Assembly (NCBI GenBank): GCA_027492205.1
Contig: JAOZFN010000014.1
Span: forward strand, 1-64,000
Direction: 5' to 3'
Origin: Thermoproteota archaeon
GTDB lineage: Archaea > Korarchaeota > Korarchaeia > Korarchaeales > Korarchaeaceae
Length of the DNA: 64,000 nucleotides
The position numbers and the translations under genes were made by a program. Positions 37,975 through 48,327 of this stretch are shown here, piece by piece. The notes below the pieces were generated by a model. It ran no database searches. It saw only the letters and a list, made by a program, of their open reading frames with translations, and was not told the DNA's origin. Numbering within the stretch: the stretch's first letter is position 1; the number at the start of each line of letters is the position of its first letter.

Positions 37975-40908
37975 TCAGCCCCTCGGTCGACGGGCCCAAG
38001 CGAGGGCGATCAGGAGGGAGGCCAGCGCCGCGGCCGAGGCCGCCCAACCTGGCGGGATCCCCTCCAGCCTGCCCCCGACGGCGGCAGCGGCCCAGTTGTT
38101 GTTCCTACCCAGGCTGTCCACGGCCTCGTACCCGGAGCACACGAAGTCGTCGGTGTCCACTGTTATCGGTCCGGGGGCCGTGTCCGAGGTCGTCAGCTCC
38201 CAGTCGAGGCCCGAGTCCGATACTTTTCCGTTTGGCGTCAGGGAGATGCTCTGCATTCTGGGGGCCCCGCCTGGGGCGTTGTTTCCGTCCCACATCCCCG
38301 GGGGAGGCGCGTCCTTGAGCCCCCCATCCGACCCGTAGGCCACGTAGTCCACGACCCTCCCCTCCGAGTCGAGGAGCCACAGGTCGTCGCCGTCGTTGTT
38401 GAGGAGGCACCTGCACCCCCTACCATCGTTTATCCTGTACTGCCCGTCGGCCCAGGGGGCGTCTCCGGTCTGGCCTATCCACACGATCACGTAGTCCCCC
38501 CGGTGGTATACGGAGCCGCTGGGGAAGGTGAACTCAAAGTGCCCGCTGCACTCCAGGCCCTCGCTACCATCGGTCAGCGTCCACCCGGAGATGTCCACGT
38601 CGCCGTTGAAGTAGAGCTCGATCGACTCGTTGTTGTCCCAGCAGGAGCACTGACTGTAGAGGATCTCGTTTATCACGACCTCACCGGCGTGGGGGGACTC
38701 CTCTACCTGCCTGAAGGTCACCCTGGCGTACTGGTACCTGTAGGCGCCGGACCTGGGCGGGGACTCCGTTGCGCCGCCGGACTCGGCTGGCGGGCTTGGA
38801 TAGTCTCCGTCCCAGGAGTAGAGTTCGTAGACCGGTAGGGAGCCGGGTATCCTGAACTCGTGCACGTTGTAGTTCTTGTACTCCCCAGAGGAGGTTATCT
38901 CCTCCTCCACTATCCAGAACCACGTTGTCACGTCGTCGTAGTCGAAGCCCGAAGGCCCGTACCTCCCCTGGGAATCGTAGGTTGAGGAGGTGTAGTCAGC
39001 CACCCAGTCATCATCGTCCCTGAGCACCTCCACAGTCACGCCCAGCACGGGATTCCCGCCTGGATCCTCGACCCTCACGTAGCCGAACCAGACCTTCCTA
39101 GCGTCCCCCTGGGAGTTGCCGGAGATCTGGTTGTCGGCCTTAGCCGGGTCTCGGAGGTCGTCCAAAGTAGCCCACGGGGTATCTATGATGTATATCCCGT
39201 ACTCGCCGTTATTCTCTATCCTGTTGCCGTAGATCCCGTAGCCGTCGGGGTCGGTGGGCTGAGAGAGGACGTCGTCATCGCATGTCGAGGGGCTCAGGGC
39301 TTGGTGGCCAGTACCCTCGTAGCCCCAGAAGGGCTCTATCCTGATCCCGCTCAAGTCGTTGTCGGTGATATTATTCTTATCGTGAACCTCGCCAGTGGAA
39401 CCTATCCAGTAGATCCCGTTTCCGGAGTTGTAGGTCACGTTATTCCTGTATACGTCGAAGTTGGTGGTCCATATGAGGATGATGCCGTTTCCACGGTTCC
39501 CCGTCACGTTGTTGTGGTGTATCTCGGCGCCGGAGGGTCCCTCGTGGTAATACGCAGGGTCCCTGGCGTATACTGGGAACGGGAAGGTCACGCGGGGGTG
39601 GGCCTCGCTCACCACGGCTATCCCGGCTCCGTTGCCGTCATTCCTGTTGCCCGTGTAGCCGCCGGAGGAGTCGAAGGCCCCCACCCTGTTGTATGAGATC
39701 TCGTTCCCGTCGGTGCCCCCTCCGTACACGGCTATGCCCTCATACTTGTGACCCGCCACGATGTTCCAGCCGGTGGGATCTCCGCCTATGACGTTGTTGG
39801 ATGCGCCCTCGCTGACCACAATGCCTATGTAGCATTGAGGATCTGTCAGAGTGGGATTGCAGTGCACGTAATTACCGATCAGAACGTTGGAGTCGGTTCT
39901 ATCACCCACCAGTGCGATGTTCTGGTAGTAGTGCCAGGCGACCTCGTTGTGCTTCACCTGGTTGCCGTGCGCCCCGGACGCCAAGACTATTCCCCCATCC
40001 CCCTTGGGCCCAGCGCCATCCCCGTTGGGGGCCATTCCCCCGCTTTGATCCACCCCCACCTTGTTGTAGTAGACATTGCAGTCGTGGACATTCCCGCTAA
40101 GCAGTATGCCCTCTGCTCCGTTGGAGTACACGTAGTTGCCTGAATTACTGTCCGAGGGATCTCCCACATTCACGTTGTAGAGTTCCACCCCTGAGGCCGT
40201 CCCGTCCAGCCATATACCCTGTTGTCCGTTGCTGTGGATGCTACCCTCGACGATCGTCACCGCGCTGCCTCCACTCGATCCAGAGACGCCAACGTAGACT
40301 CCCTGCTTGTTGTTATCGTGGACTTCCGCGGATTCCAGCCGAACCTCGCTGTTTGCGTATGATGTAGAGTATATAGAGATGCCTACGTCGGAGTACCTCA
40401 CCTCCACATCGTGCACGTATACCTGGCCCTGCGGCGTCACGGCGAAGGAGTAGGAGACGAACCTCTCGAAGACCAGATTCATGATCTCGATATCGGGATC
40501 TATGCCTGATCCATCCCAGGCTATCACGTTAAACGCGTGATCAACATCTGACGCCTCATCGCCGTCGTAGTCCCCAGAGATCACGATCCTGTCATCGCCG
40601 TCAATGATCATAGGACACGTCAGGTCGGGGAGCGGACCCAACGTCGGGTTCAGCCTCACCGTCCCCGAGAGCGATGGATCAAACTCTATGACGTCAACGG
40701 CATCCCAGCAGTTCGCTTGGGCTGCGTCTATAGCCTCCCTGAGGGTGCAGTCTCCGAAGGGTGCAGCGTCGCAGGAGCCGTCGTCGTGGTCGTCCAGGGT
40801 GTTCACAGTGTACGTGCCCGGCGAGGCTTGGGCCGGGGCGGGGTATGTCACCAGGGCCACAACCAACACGACCACTAATGGGAGAGCGAGGCGCCTGGCG
40901 AGGGCCAC
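37975..40908 (-). CDS. Cell-surface adhesin-like protein: CSLREA motif, right-handed beta-helix, lamin-tail domain, C-terminal VGG + TM anchor
   Basis: VNTLDD...CTLREAI, many N..GI beta-helix repeats, VVINEILY...ESIEL...DISGWTL...LNNDGD, AVGGRLE...LAWARRPRG. Confidence 0.88.
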   Translation of the reverse strand: MALARRLALPLVVVLVVALVTYPAPAQASPGTYTVNTLDDHDDGSCDAAPFGDCTLREAIDAAQANCWDAVDVIEFDPSLSGTVRLNPTLGPLPDLTCPMIIDGDDRIVISGDYDGDEASDVDHAFNVIAWDGSGIDPDIEIMNLVFERFVSYSFAVTPQGQVYVHDVEVRYSDVGISIYSTSYANSEVRLESAEVHDNNKQGVYVGVSGSSGGSAVTIVEGSIHSNGQQGIWLDGTASGVELYNVNVGDPSDSNSGNYVYSNGAEGILLSGNVHDCNVYYNKVGVDQSGGMAPNGDGAGPKGDGGIVLASGAHGNQVKHNEVAWHYYQNIALVGDRTDSNVLIGNYVHCNPTLTDPQCYIGIVVSEGASNNVIGGDPTGWNIVAGHKYEGIAVYGGGTDGNEISYNRVGAFDSSGGYTGNRNDGNGAGIAVVSEAHPRVTFPFPVYARDPAYYHEGPSGAEIHHNNVTGNRGNGIILIWTTNFDVYRNNVTYNSGNGIYWIGSTGEVHDKNNITDNDLSGIRIEPFWGYEGTGHQALSPSTCDDDVLSQPTDPDGYGIYGNRIENNGEYGIYIIDTPWATLDDLRDPAKADNQISGNSQGDARKVWFGYVRVEDPGGNPVLGVTVEVLRDDDDWVADYTSSTYDSQGRYGPSGFDYDDVTTWFWIVEEEITSSGEYKNYNVHEFRIPGSLPVYELYSWDGDYPSPPAESGGATESPPRSGAYRYQYARVTFRQVEESPHAGEVVINEILYSQCSCWDNNESIELYFNGDVDISGWTLTDGSEGLECSGHFEFTFPSGSVYHRGDYVIVWIGQTGDAPWADGQYRINDGRGCRCLLNNDGDDLWLLDSEGRVVDYVAYGSDGGLKDAPPPGMWDGNNAPGGAPRMQSISLTPNGKVSDSGLDWELTTSDTAPGPITVDTDDFVCSGYEAVDSLGRNNNWAAAAVGGRLEGIPPGWAASAAALASLLIALAWARRPRG

Positions 40909-41034
40909 GCTGACCCGGCCGCAGGGTCACCAAAAAAATTGTGGCGCCCGCCGCTAACGATCCCGGGTCCACCGGCTTCTGGAAAGGGTTTGAAGGAGCC
41001 GAGAACTCGGCAGGTTACCCCTGACAGAAAAACC

Positions 41035-41760
41035 TCAGAAGGCCGGCCTGATCTCCACTCCCAGCTCTTTGGCCGACTCGCGGGCGGACTCGTCTATCAG
41101 GCCCCCTACTATCACCAGCCTCGGCCTGACCCCCTCCGCGCGCTCGTAGAGGAGGCCAATCCTGTGGAGCTCGGCCACGTCCCCCCTGGAGACCCTCGAC
41201 TTCACCTCTATCAGGATGTGCTCCCCGTCCCTCACCAGGGCGTCCACCTCGACCTCCGCCGGGTGACCGTACACCAAACCGTCCGGGTCCCTCAGCCTGA
41301 GCCTTGTCACCTCGGCCACCCCGAAGACCTCCTGCAACACGAACCTGAGGCCCTCCCTGAAGGAGGCCTCCGAGATCACGCCGAACCTGTGGGCTATGAC
41401 CGCCATGAGCCTCCTCCCCCTCGCCAGCTCCTCCTCCAGCTTCAGCTGCCTCTCCTCCAGGTCCGCGAAGCGCTCCTCCAGCCTGGCCATCCTCTCCTCC
41501 AGCTTCAGCTGCCTCTCCTCCAGGTCCGCGAAGCGCTCCTCCAGCCTGGCCATCCTCTCCTCCAGCTTCAGCTGCCTCTCCTCCAGGTCCGCGAAGCGCT
41601 CCTCCAGCCTGGCCATCCTCTCGTCGACGGCCGAGAACCTACGGAGGATCTCCTCGTACCCGATCAGCCCGGCCACGGAGTACCTGAACGCCTCGTCCTC
41701 CCTGAGGGCCCTCAGCACCTTCCTCTTCTCCTCCTCGGTGAGGGACATCCCGTGACTCAC
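41035..41760 (-). CDS. Coiled-coil + PD-(D/E)XK nuclease protein (DUF3782/paREP-like)
   Basis: ALREDEAFRY N-terminus, heptad repeats, YGHPAEVEVD...LIEVKS. Confidence 0.88.
   Translation of the reverse strand: MSHGMSLTEEEKRKVLRALREDEAFRYSVAGLIGYEEILRRFSAVDERMARLEERFADLEERQLKLEERMARLEERFADLEERQLKLEERMARLEERFADLEERQLKLEEELARGRRLMAVIAHRFGVISEASFREGLRFVLQEVFGVAEVTRLRLRDPDGLVYGHPAEVEVDALVRDGEHILIEVKSRVSRGDVAELHRIGLLYERAEGVRPRLVIVGGLIDESARESAKELGVEIRPAF
41431..41622. repeat. Three perfect 63-bp tandem repeats (21-aa coiled-coil unit)
   Basis: Unit ctcctccagcttcagctgcctctcctccaggtccgcgaagcgctcctccagcctggccatcct at 41431, 41494 and 41557. Confidence 0.95.
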
Positions 41761-41985
41761 AGGCCCCCGTGTCTAAAAAACCTCGGGGGTGTCCTCGCCC
41801 CGGTCCCGGGCCCATATCCCGCCAGCCTCCACCCGCTCCGGTCGACGATCCGCCCCCGGGATGACGGGGCCCGCGCGACCGCGCGGCCCCTCAGAGGCCC
41901 GGTCAATTGACGCCGCGCCGCACGGACTGGCCGCCGCCGGCCAGTCCGGGATCGCTGGGCCGCGCGGGCCCGCCCCCCATCCGGG

Positions 41986-42115
41986 AAATCTTTAAGACGA
42001 CGTCCGTTTTACTGTTTTTGAGATTTTACTGAATTAAAACATCCATATATAAAATTAATTTGCGTTAAGTGTCCAACGTATGCCTCGTAGGGACAAAATT
42101 TTTTTAGAATTACCC
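41986..42115 (+). promoter_or_regulatory. AT-rich promoter region
   Basis: Sharp AT island containing TATATAAAA (about 42046-42054), upstream of the surface-protein pseudogene. Confidence 0.55.
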
Positions 42116-42133
42116 GTAGGGCCGCCCCCCATT

Positions 42134-44504
42134 ATGGTCAAGCGAAATGTCGTACTGTTCACGATATCGCTTGTCATTATGGCAGGATTCCCGGCTGACG
42201 GGTCGGCGAGCCCGAGTGGACCCGACCTTCCCGTCCGGGTATCGGGCGCCGTGTCCGTCGAAGTTGAACCGTCAGGAGGGGGTATGTGCCTTCGCCTGCT
42301 CTTGGCAACGCCCTCCATTAAGGCGCCCCCATGGGGGCCTCGGGGGATCATCTCCTTGGACGGAGTGCCGAGCCCTTGGATCCGGTCTGGGCCGCCGATC
42401 GACCTGGATGGCCGGTCCTTCACGCCCGCCGACGAGCCGTCACCGGTCGAGGGTAGAGCCGGTGACGCCGGGCACGACGTTCGGGGGATGCGCCCATGAT
42501 CGGCTCGGTCAACTTCACCGACGTTGCGTACGGCGTGAAGCTTTACGGCGTGGCCAGGGGGAGCTCTCAGGTCCTGATAGCCGACTCCCTGTTCCACAGG
42601 TGCTACTACTACGGCGTGTACGCGTTCATAGCCTCGATCGAGGTGGTCGGGTCCAACTTCACGGACTCCCCAGTGTACTGGATGTCAGACTGGTGGACCT
42701 GGACCAGCGCGATTGGGCTCGTAAGGTCGACCAGCGCGCCGAACTGGTACGACGTGAGGAGGAGCGCTGTCCGACACAGCAGGTTCAATATGACCGGGGG
42801 AGGGGCCATCTGCGGGTACTTCTCCGATCCCCTCCTCGAGGGGAACCTGTTCGACCAGGTCATGGGGGTCCAGGCGGTGATGATCAAGGGGGGGACCGGC
42901 TACGACCCCTCCCAGGGGGCCTTCGCCCATGGACGATAAGGGGAAGCGAGCTCGTAGACCACCACTCGGGCAAGCCCACCAACTGTGCCGTCTTCGCGAC
43001 TGGCGGAGGATATGGACTCTCCGGCGTAGAGATCCACTCCAACAACGCCTCCGGGTTCTACTGCGGGGTCAGGCTGCCTGGACGTCGGCCCGCCAGACAT
43101 GAGGGTGGACTACGCGAACGTGAGCTGAAACCTCGTCCAGGACTTCACCCACTGCGGGATATGCCTCGAGGACGACACGAGGAACGTTACGATCTTCAGA
43201 AACAACTTGACTTCAACCGCTCCGGGGTCAACGGCTCTCTGGATCTCGGCAGAAGTCTCGGAGCTGCTCGCCTTCGACAACTACATCGCGGCGGATGAGT
43301 GCTCCTCGAACCCTGGCATGGTCGGGTCTTGGTCTCTGGACCCACCGGAACTCGGCCCGAACATCGTGGGTGGTCCTTACGTTGCGGGAAACTACTGGAG
43401 CGACTACTCTGGGGTCGACCTGGATTCCGACTGGCTCGGAGACACGGGCGTGCCCCACCACCTTGACCCTCACCCGCTCATCCGACCCCCGAGCCTATAC
43501 TCGCCCAACCTCTCGGCCCACCTGAGGGCCGACCTACCCTAGCCGGCGGTGGAGGGGGATGTTCTTAGGCTCACCGCCACGCTGAACAACACTGGGGAGC
43601 TTGCCGCGAAGGGGGCGACCCTGGTCGTACCCTTGCCCAACGGCACGGACGACCTCTCCCTTGCGGACATACCGCCAGGGGCCGTTGACGCCTCCAACTC
43701 GTCCCACCTGGTGGTGGAGAACCTCTCCGTTCCGGCCCACGGGTCCGTATCCGTCGGCTTCTCGGTGGTCAACAGGGCCCCCCGGGCAGCGTCCTGGTCA
43801 CCCAGGGTGAGGTCGTCTACAGGCCGCCCCACTGCTGCTGCGGCCCCAGGAGGGTGCCCACCGACGACCCCAGGACCCCCGAGCCCCGGGACCCGACGGC
43901 GGTCTACGTGGGCCGCCCCAACCTGGAGGACCCCCCCAACGTCGTCAAGGAGGTGGACCCCTCCGGCCTTCCGGTCCTCACCTGCGGAGTGCGCCTGGAA
44001 AACACGGGGACCGCGCCGGCGCTGGGACTGGTCCTCTACGATCCGATCCCCGAGGGAACCTCCTACGTCCCCAGGTCCACCGAGATCTCCCGGTCCTGGT
44101 CTGGGGGCTGGGAAGATGTGAGCGACGCGTGGCCGGACTCGGACGGCGGGTTCAACGGGACGCACGTGATCGTGGTCCTTGGGGACCTCCCGGCCGGAGA
44201 GAGCGTCAAGGTACACTTCTCAGTGAGGGTTTCAGGAGACCTGCCCCCCGGCTTCGTGGTGCGGAATCAGGGGACTGTGACCGGATTGAACGTTCCCGAC
44301 GACCCGACGGACTTCCCCTCCTCCCCGGAGGAGGACGATCCAACGCCGTTTTCGGCTTCCGACACCCGCCGTTGGGGGGAGCTGGAATCCGACCATGGGC
44401 TTGGGACAGATCTAGCGCAGCTGGCCCTAGCGCTCCTGGCCGCGATGGTGGTTCCCCTGATGGGCGGGATGACTTCGGGGCCGGTTGGGACGCGCGACGG
44501 GTAG
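42134..44504 (+). pseudogene. Frameshifted surface protein (beta-helix/NosD-like + DUF11-like Ig domains + TM anchor)
   Basis: Signal peptide, GPNIVGGPYVAGNYWSDY, LYDPIPEGTSYVP, NQGTV...PTDFP...DDPT, C-terminal TM. Split across at least 5 frame segments with an internal TAA at 42937-42939. Confidence 0.8.
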
Positions 44505-44720
44505 CTGAGCCCGGAGGCCCAGGTCCCCTGGCGGCGCGTGGGTGAGCCCCCGGCTGGGTCCCCGGATTGGGGGCCTCCGTAGTCACCTGGCGGAGAGACG
44601 CTAGGGGTCGCTGTCGACGCGCCTTGGGTCCTCAGGGGGCGTCTAACTTGGCTGCAGACCCCCCTCCGGAGGGGCCCGAGTCGCCACACCTGGCCCGCCC
44701 TGGCCGCTGATGGCCCGCCC

Positions 44721-46508
44721 TCAGCCCCGTCTACGGGCCGCCCACGCCAGCGAGAGGAGGGACGCGGCCGCGAAGACCTCCCACGCCAGGCCGGGAGGGT
44801 CGGTCAGCGACCCACCCGCGGCCTCGGCGGACCTGGCCTCGAAGGTCGGGAGCTTCCTCAGGAAGGCCCTGCTGAGCGGGATCCCCTCCAACACCTGCAG
44901 GTCGCATCCCGAGACCGAGAGGCTCAGCGCGTACGAGTCCATAGTCGCCGGGCCTGCTGGGGGGGCTCCCGGGGTGCGGCCCAGGTCGACGCCACCGAAG
45001 GACAGACCGGGCGTGATCGACTCGTAGCTGAGCCCCTGGTAGAGCTGCGCGACCCAGCCGTCGGACCCACCGCTCCCCACGGACCCGGTGAAGCCACGAG
45101 GTTGAGGTATTCACCCAGGCCGACGACCTCCGTGAACTGGTCGTACCCTCCCCCCCGTAGGAAATCGCCCTGACCAGGCCAAGCTCAGGGTCTAGGGTGG
45201 CGATCAGGCCGTCCAGGTCCCCGTCAGACCCGTGATACCCCACGACGTGGAGGAGTCCGCCGTGGGCGTAGACGGCGCCGACGCTCTCATTCAGCGGTCC
45301 CCCCAGCACCGCCGAGTCAATCACGTTGAGGTCGCCGTCCGGCTCGTAGACCGCGATGTCCACCTCCCCGAAGCCCGTCGAGGTCGTGATGCCCGCCACG
45401 TAGAGGTCGCCACCCAGGGCTTCGGCGGAGTACAGGAACTCGTGCCCCCCGCCGCCCGCCACTAGGCCCGCCTCGAAGCTCAGGCTCGGGTCGACCCTCA
45501 GCACGAGGCCATCCCCGTGCATCCAGAAGGTGTGTCCGAGCTGGTCAACCCCGACGGAGGTGGAGTTGGCTATCCCCACGGCGTACAGTTTCCCGCCCAG
45601 CGTGGCGAGGTCCTGGAGCCCGTCGTTGTTCCCTCCCCCCGCAGCCCAGGCCTGAGGCCTCTGCCAGGTCCGGGCTCATCCTCACCACGAGGCCGTCGAA
45701 GGTAAGCGGCCGGGTCGAGTTGGCGTGGTAGTCAACGGCGTAGAGGTAGGGCCCCAGGCCGGAGACCGCGTAGAGGTAGTCCAGGCTCCCGCTGCCCAGG
45801 GCCTCGACGGCCTCCACCTCCAGGTCCGGGCTCAATCTCACCGCGAGGGCGGTCCCCTCTCTGCAGGAGTAGGAGTACCCGACGGCGTACAGGCTGGTCC
45901 CGTCGAAGTAGACGCCGAAGAGCTCCTCCCAGGACGACCCCCCCAGGACCACCTCAGCCTCCACGTTCATCAGACCGTCCAGCTTCACGACCACGGCGTC
46001 CCAGTCCCCGTACCGGGAGGTCACCCGGCCGACGGCGTACACGTGGATCCCGTCCGTGGTCACGTCGTACAGCCAGTCGTCTCCCACGCCACCGTAAGTG
46101 ACGATCCTGTCCATCGTGGCCACCAGGTCGCTCTCGCTTGCGGCCGAGGGGTTCCCGTAGTACATGTAGATCAGGTTGGGGCTGGGAGACACCTCAGGCA
46201 CCCTCACCCACACCCTCTCCTCCCCGGTTCCGCAGCCCCCTCGACCCAGTACCTCAGGGGCGCGCCGGAGGCGTCGGCGAACCGGAGGTCCCCGCAGTCC
46301 GGCCTCATCTCCCCCCTCGTTATCAGGGCCAGCGGGTCAAACCTGACCAGGACCTAGTGGTCGATCAGGGGGCCGTTTGAGTTGTCCACGACCAGCCTCC
46401 TGACGTGCGACCAGGAGTCGTATGGGCCGGGGACGCGCCCGCCGCGGAGATAATCAGGGAGGCCGCCAAGGTGAGTGAGACGATCAGCGCAGCGGCTCTG
46501 AACCCCAT
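44721..46508 (-). pseudogene. Frameshifted DUF2341 + beta-propeller surface protein
   Basis: MRPDCGDLRF...YWVE...WVRVP...IYMYYGNPSA (DUF2341), propeller blades YAVG, TM anchor; in-frame TAG at 46354-46356 and several frameshifts. Confidence 0.8.
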
Positions 46509-46705
46509 GAACACCTCTCCCAGCCTCTCCTCGCGCCAATGCTTGGTGCTTTTAACGGTCTCGGATCCACCCGAGGGGACCCATCCTCCTGACGGTGGTC
46601 TCCATCGACGGAGGGGGCTCGTCTGGGGGTTCGAGGGGGCCGCACTCGTGGGTACATGGATGCGTGTCGAGCGACCTTCAATCCCCCTGAGGGGGCTTCA
46701 CCCCT

Positions 46706-47566
46706 TCAGGGGCCCACGAGCCCCCTGAAGGCTAGACCCATGGCGAACGACAGCGCCGCCACGCCGAAGCTCACCGCCGCGGCCTCCGCGAACCTCGTCC
46801 AGAAGGGCGCCTCCCTGACGACGGAAACGAAGAAGGTGAACACTAGGATTACCAGCAGGGCGTCAAGGAGGGCCAGGGCCAGCGCGGCCTCGTAGCTGGA
46901 GAGCAGGAAGAACGGCGCCACCAGGGCCAGCACCGTGAGGACGTAGGCGGCCCCCGTGTAGAGCGCCGCCTTTCCGGGGTTTGCGGCACCCTCCGACCTC
47001 TGGGACAGGTACTCCGAGGCGGCCATCGATAGGGACGCGGCCATCCCCGTGATCGCGCCGGCCACGGCCACGAGCCTCGTGTTACGGAGGGTCATGCTCA
47101 GCCCCGCCACGGCGCCAGTGAGCTCCACGAGGGCGTCGTTTAGGCCGAGGACCATCGACCCTATGTACTCGAGCCTCTCCTCCCTGATGAGCCTCACCAG
47201 CTCCCGCTCGTGCCTCTCCTCGTCCTCGAGGACGGGCCTCGCCTCCGGCATGACCTCGAGCACTCTGGAGTAGCTCTCCTGGGCGCCCTCCTCCCCCCTC
47301 TCCATGAGCTTGAGCGCGAAGGTGATCCCCAGCAGGCGCGCCATCAATAGGTAGAGGAGGACCTTCAGCCTGCTGGGCTTCACGTCGACCCCCGTGTACC
47401 TCCTCCAGAACTCGTAGTGCTCCAGCTCATCCCTCCCGATCTCCTCCAGCAGCTCCCTGTTCTCTCCCCGCTGGAGCCTGGCGAGCCTGAGGTAGACGTG
47501 GTGCTCGGTTATCTCGTTCCTCTGGAAGTCCAATATAAGCCCCACGAGGTCCCTAGAGAGGGGCAT
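46706..47566 (-). CDS. Ferritin/rubrerythrin-like domain + VIT1/CCC1 iron transporter
   Basis: NEITEH..Y, DELEH, DEERHE; VLGLNDALVE, SMAASEYLS. Confidence 0.92.
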   Translation of the reverse strand: MPLSRDLVGLILDFQRNEITEHHVYLRLARLQRGENRELLEEIGRDELEHYEFWRRYTGVDVKPSRLKVLLYLLMARLLGITFALKLMERGEEGAQESYSRVLEVMPEARPVLEDEERHERELVRLIREERLEYIGSMVLGLNDALVELTGAVAGLSMTLRNTRLVAVAGAITGMAASLSMAASEYLSQRSEGAANPGKAALYTGAAYVLTVLALVAPFFLLSSYEAALALALLDALLVILVFTFFVSVVREAPFWTRFAEAAAVSFGVAALSFAMGLAFRGLVGP

Positions 47567-47658
47567 CCAAGGACGCCGACACGCGCCACGGTATAAGGTC
47601 GCCTGCTCTCTCCCACCAATACTTTAATTCCCACAGTGGATTTTTGCAGTGATGTGGG

Positions 47659-47904
47659 ATGGAGGTGCTGGCGACCGTCGACGATAGGGGGAGGGTGACC
47701 CTCCCAAAGGAGTTCAGAGAGGCCCTCGGCATAAAGAGGAGGGTCAGGATAAGGAGAGAGGGTGGAAAGATAGTGATAGAGCCAGCCGATCCCGTGTCCA
47801 AGAGGTTCTACGGCGCCTTCCGGGCGGAAGTCCCCGAGGATCTGAACGGGATCGTGGTAGAGGCGGTGGCGGCTTGGTGGAGGAGAGGTCGTACGTCGAC
47901 GTGA
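47659..47904 (+). CDS. vapB: AbrB/MazE-type antitoxin (VapB)
   Basis: VDDRGRVTLPKEFREALGI. Confidence 0.88.
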   Translation: MEVLATVDDRGRVTLPKEFREALGIKRRVRIRREGGKIVIEPADPVSKRFYGAFRAEVPEDLNGIVVEAVAAWWRRGRTST

Positions 47905-48284
47905 ACGTGTTCGTCTACTGGCTCACCGCCGATCCCAAGTTCGGTGAGAGGGCCCTGAGGTGGATTGAGAGGATTGAGGAGGATCCGAGGTCCTACGTTA
48001 CATCGGCGCTGACCCTCTGGGAGGTGCCCGTCATCCTAGCCGGCGTCCGGGGATCAACGCTGCGAGACCCGGACCTGGTGGGTAGGGCGGTGCGAGCCGT
48101 CGTAGAGACGGGCGTGACCGTGCTGGAGCTGAGGAGGGAGGACTACCTGACGGCGCTGGAGTTCGTTCGCCAGGGGGTCGACCTCGAGGACGCGCTGCAC
48201 CTCGCCTCGGCGCACCGGTCAGGCTGCGGAAGGGTCGTGTCCAACGACAGGGACTTCGAGAGGTTTCTAAAGAGGGTCTTCTAG
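47874..48284 (+). CDS. vapC: PIN-domain toxin VapC
   Basis: YVDVNVF, TLWEV, EDALHLA, SNDRDF. Confidence 0.9.
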   Translation: MVEERSYVDVNVFVYWLTADPKFGERALRWIERIEEDPRSYVTSALTLWEVPVILAGVRGSTLRDPDLVGRAVRAVVETGVTVLELRREDYLTALEFVRQGVDLEDALHLASAHRSGCGRVVSNDRDFERFLKRVF

Positions 48285-48327
48285 ACGCGTAAATTGGGGC
48301 CCTCCCCCGCGGGGGTGGATCTCAGAG

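Noticed and set aside
41431-41622. CRISPR-like array
   Set aside because: Head-to-tail coding repeats without spacers; no cas genes.
29221-44000. Diversity-generating retroelement TR/VR pair (29352-29550 vs 43793-43995)
   Set aside because: Differences are not adenine-specific and include indels, and no reverse transcriptase is present.
13793-46356. Amber (pyrrolysine) recoding suggested by in-frame TAGs at 13793 and 46354
   Set aside because: Intact genes end in TAG (31700, 48284, 57274), no pyl genes are in the window, and the 46354 TAG sits in a multiply frameshifted gene at a typical Gln position.
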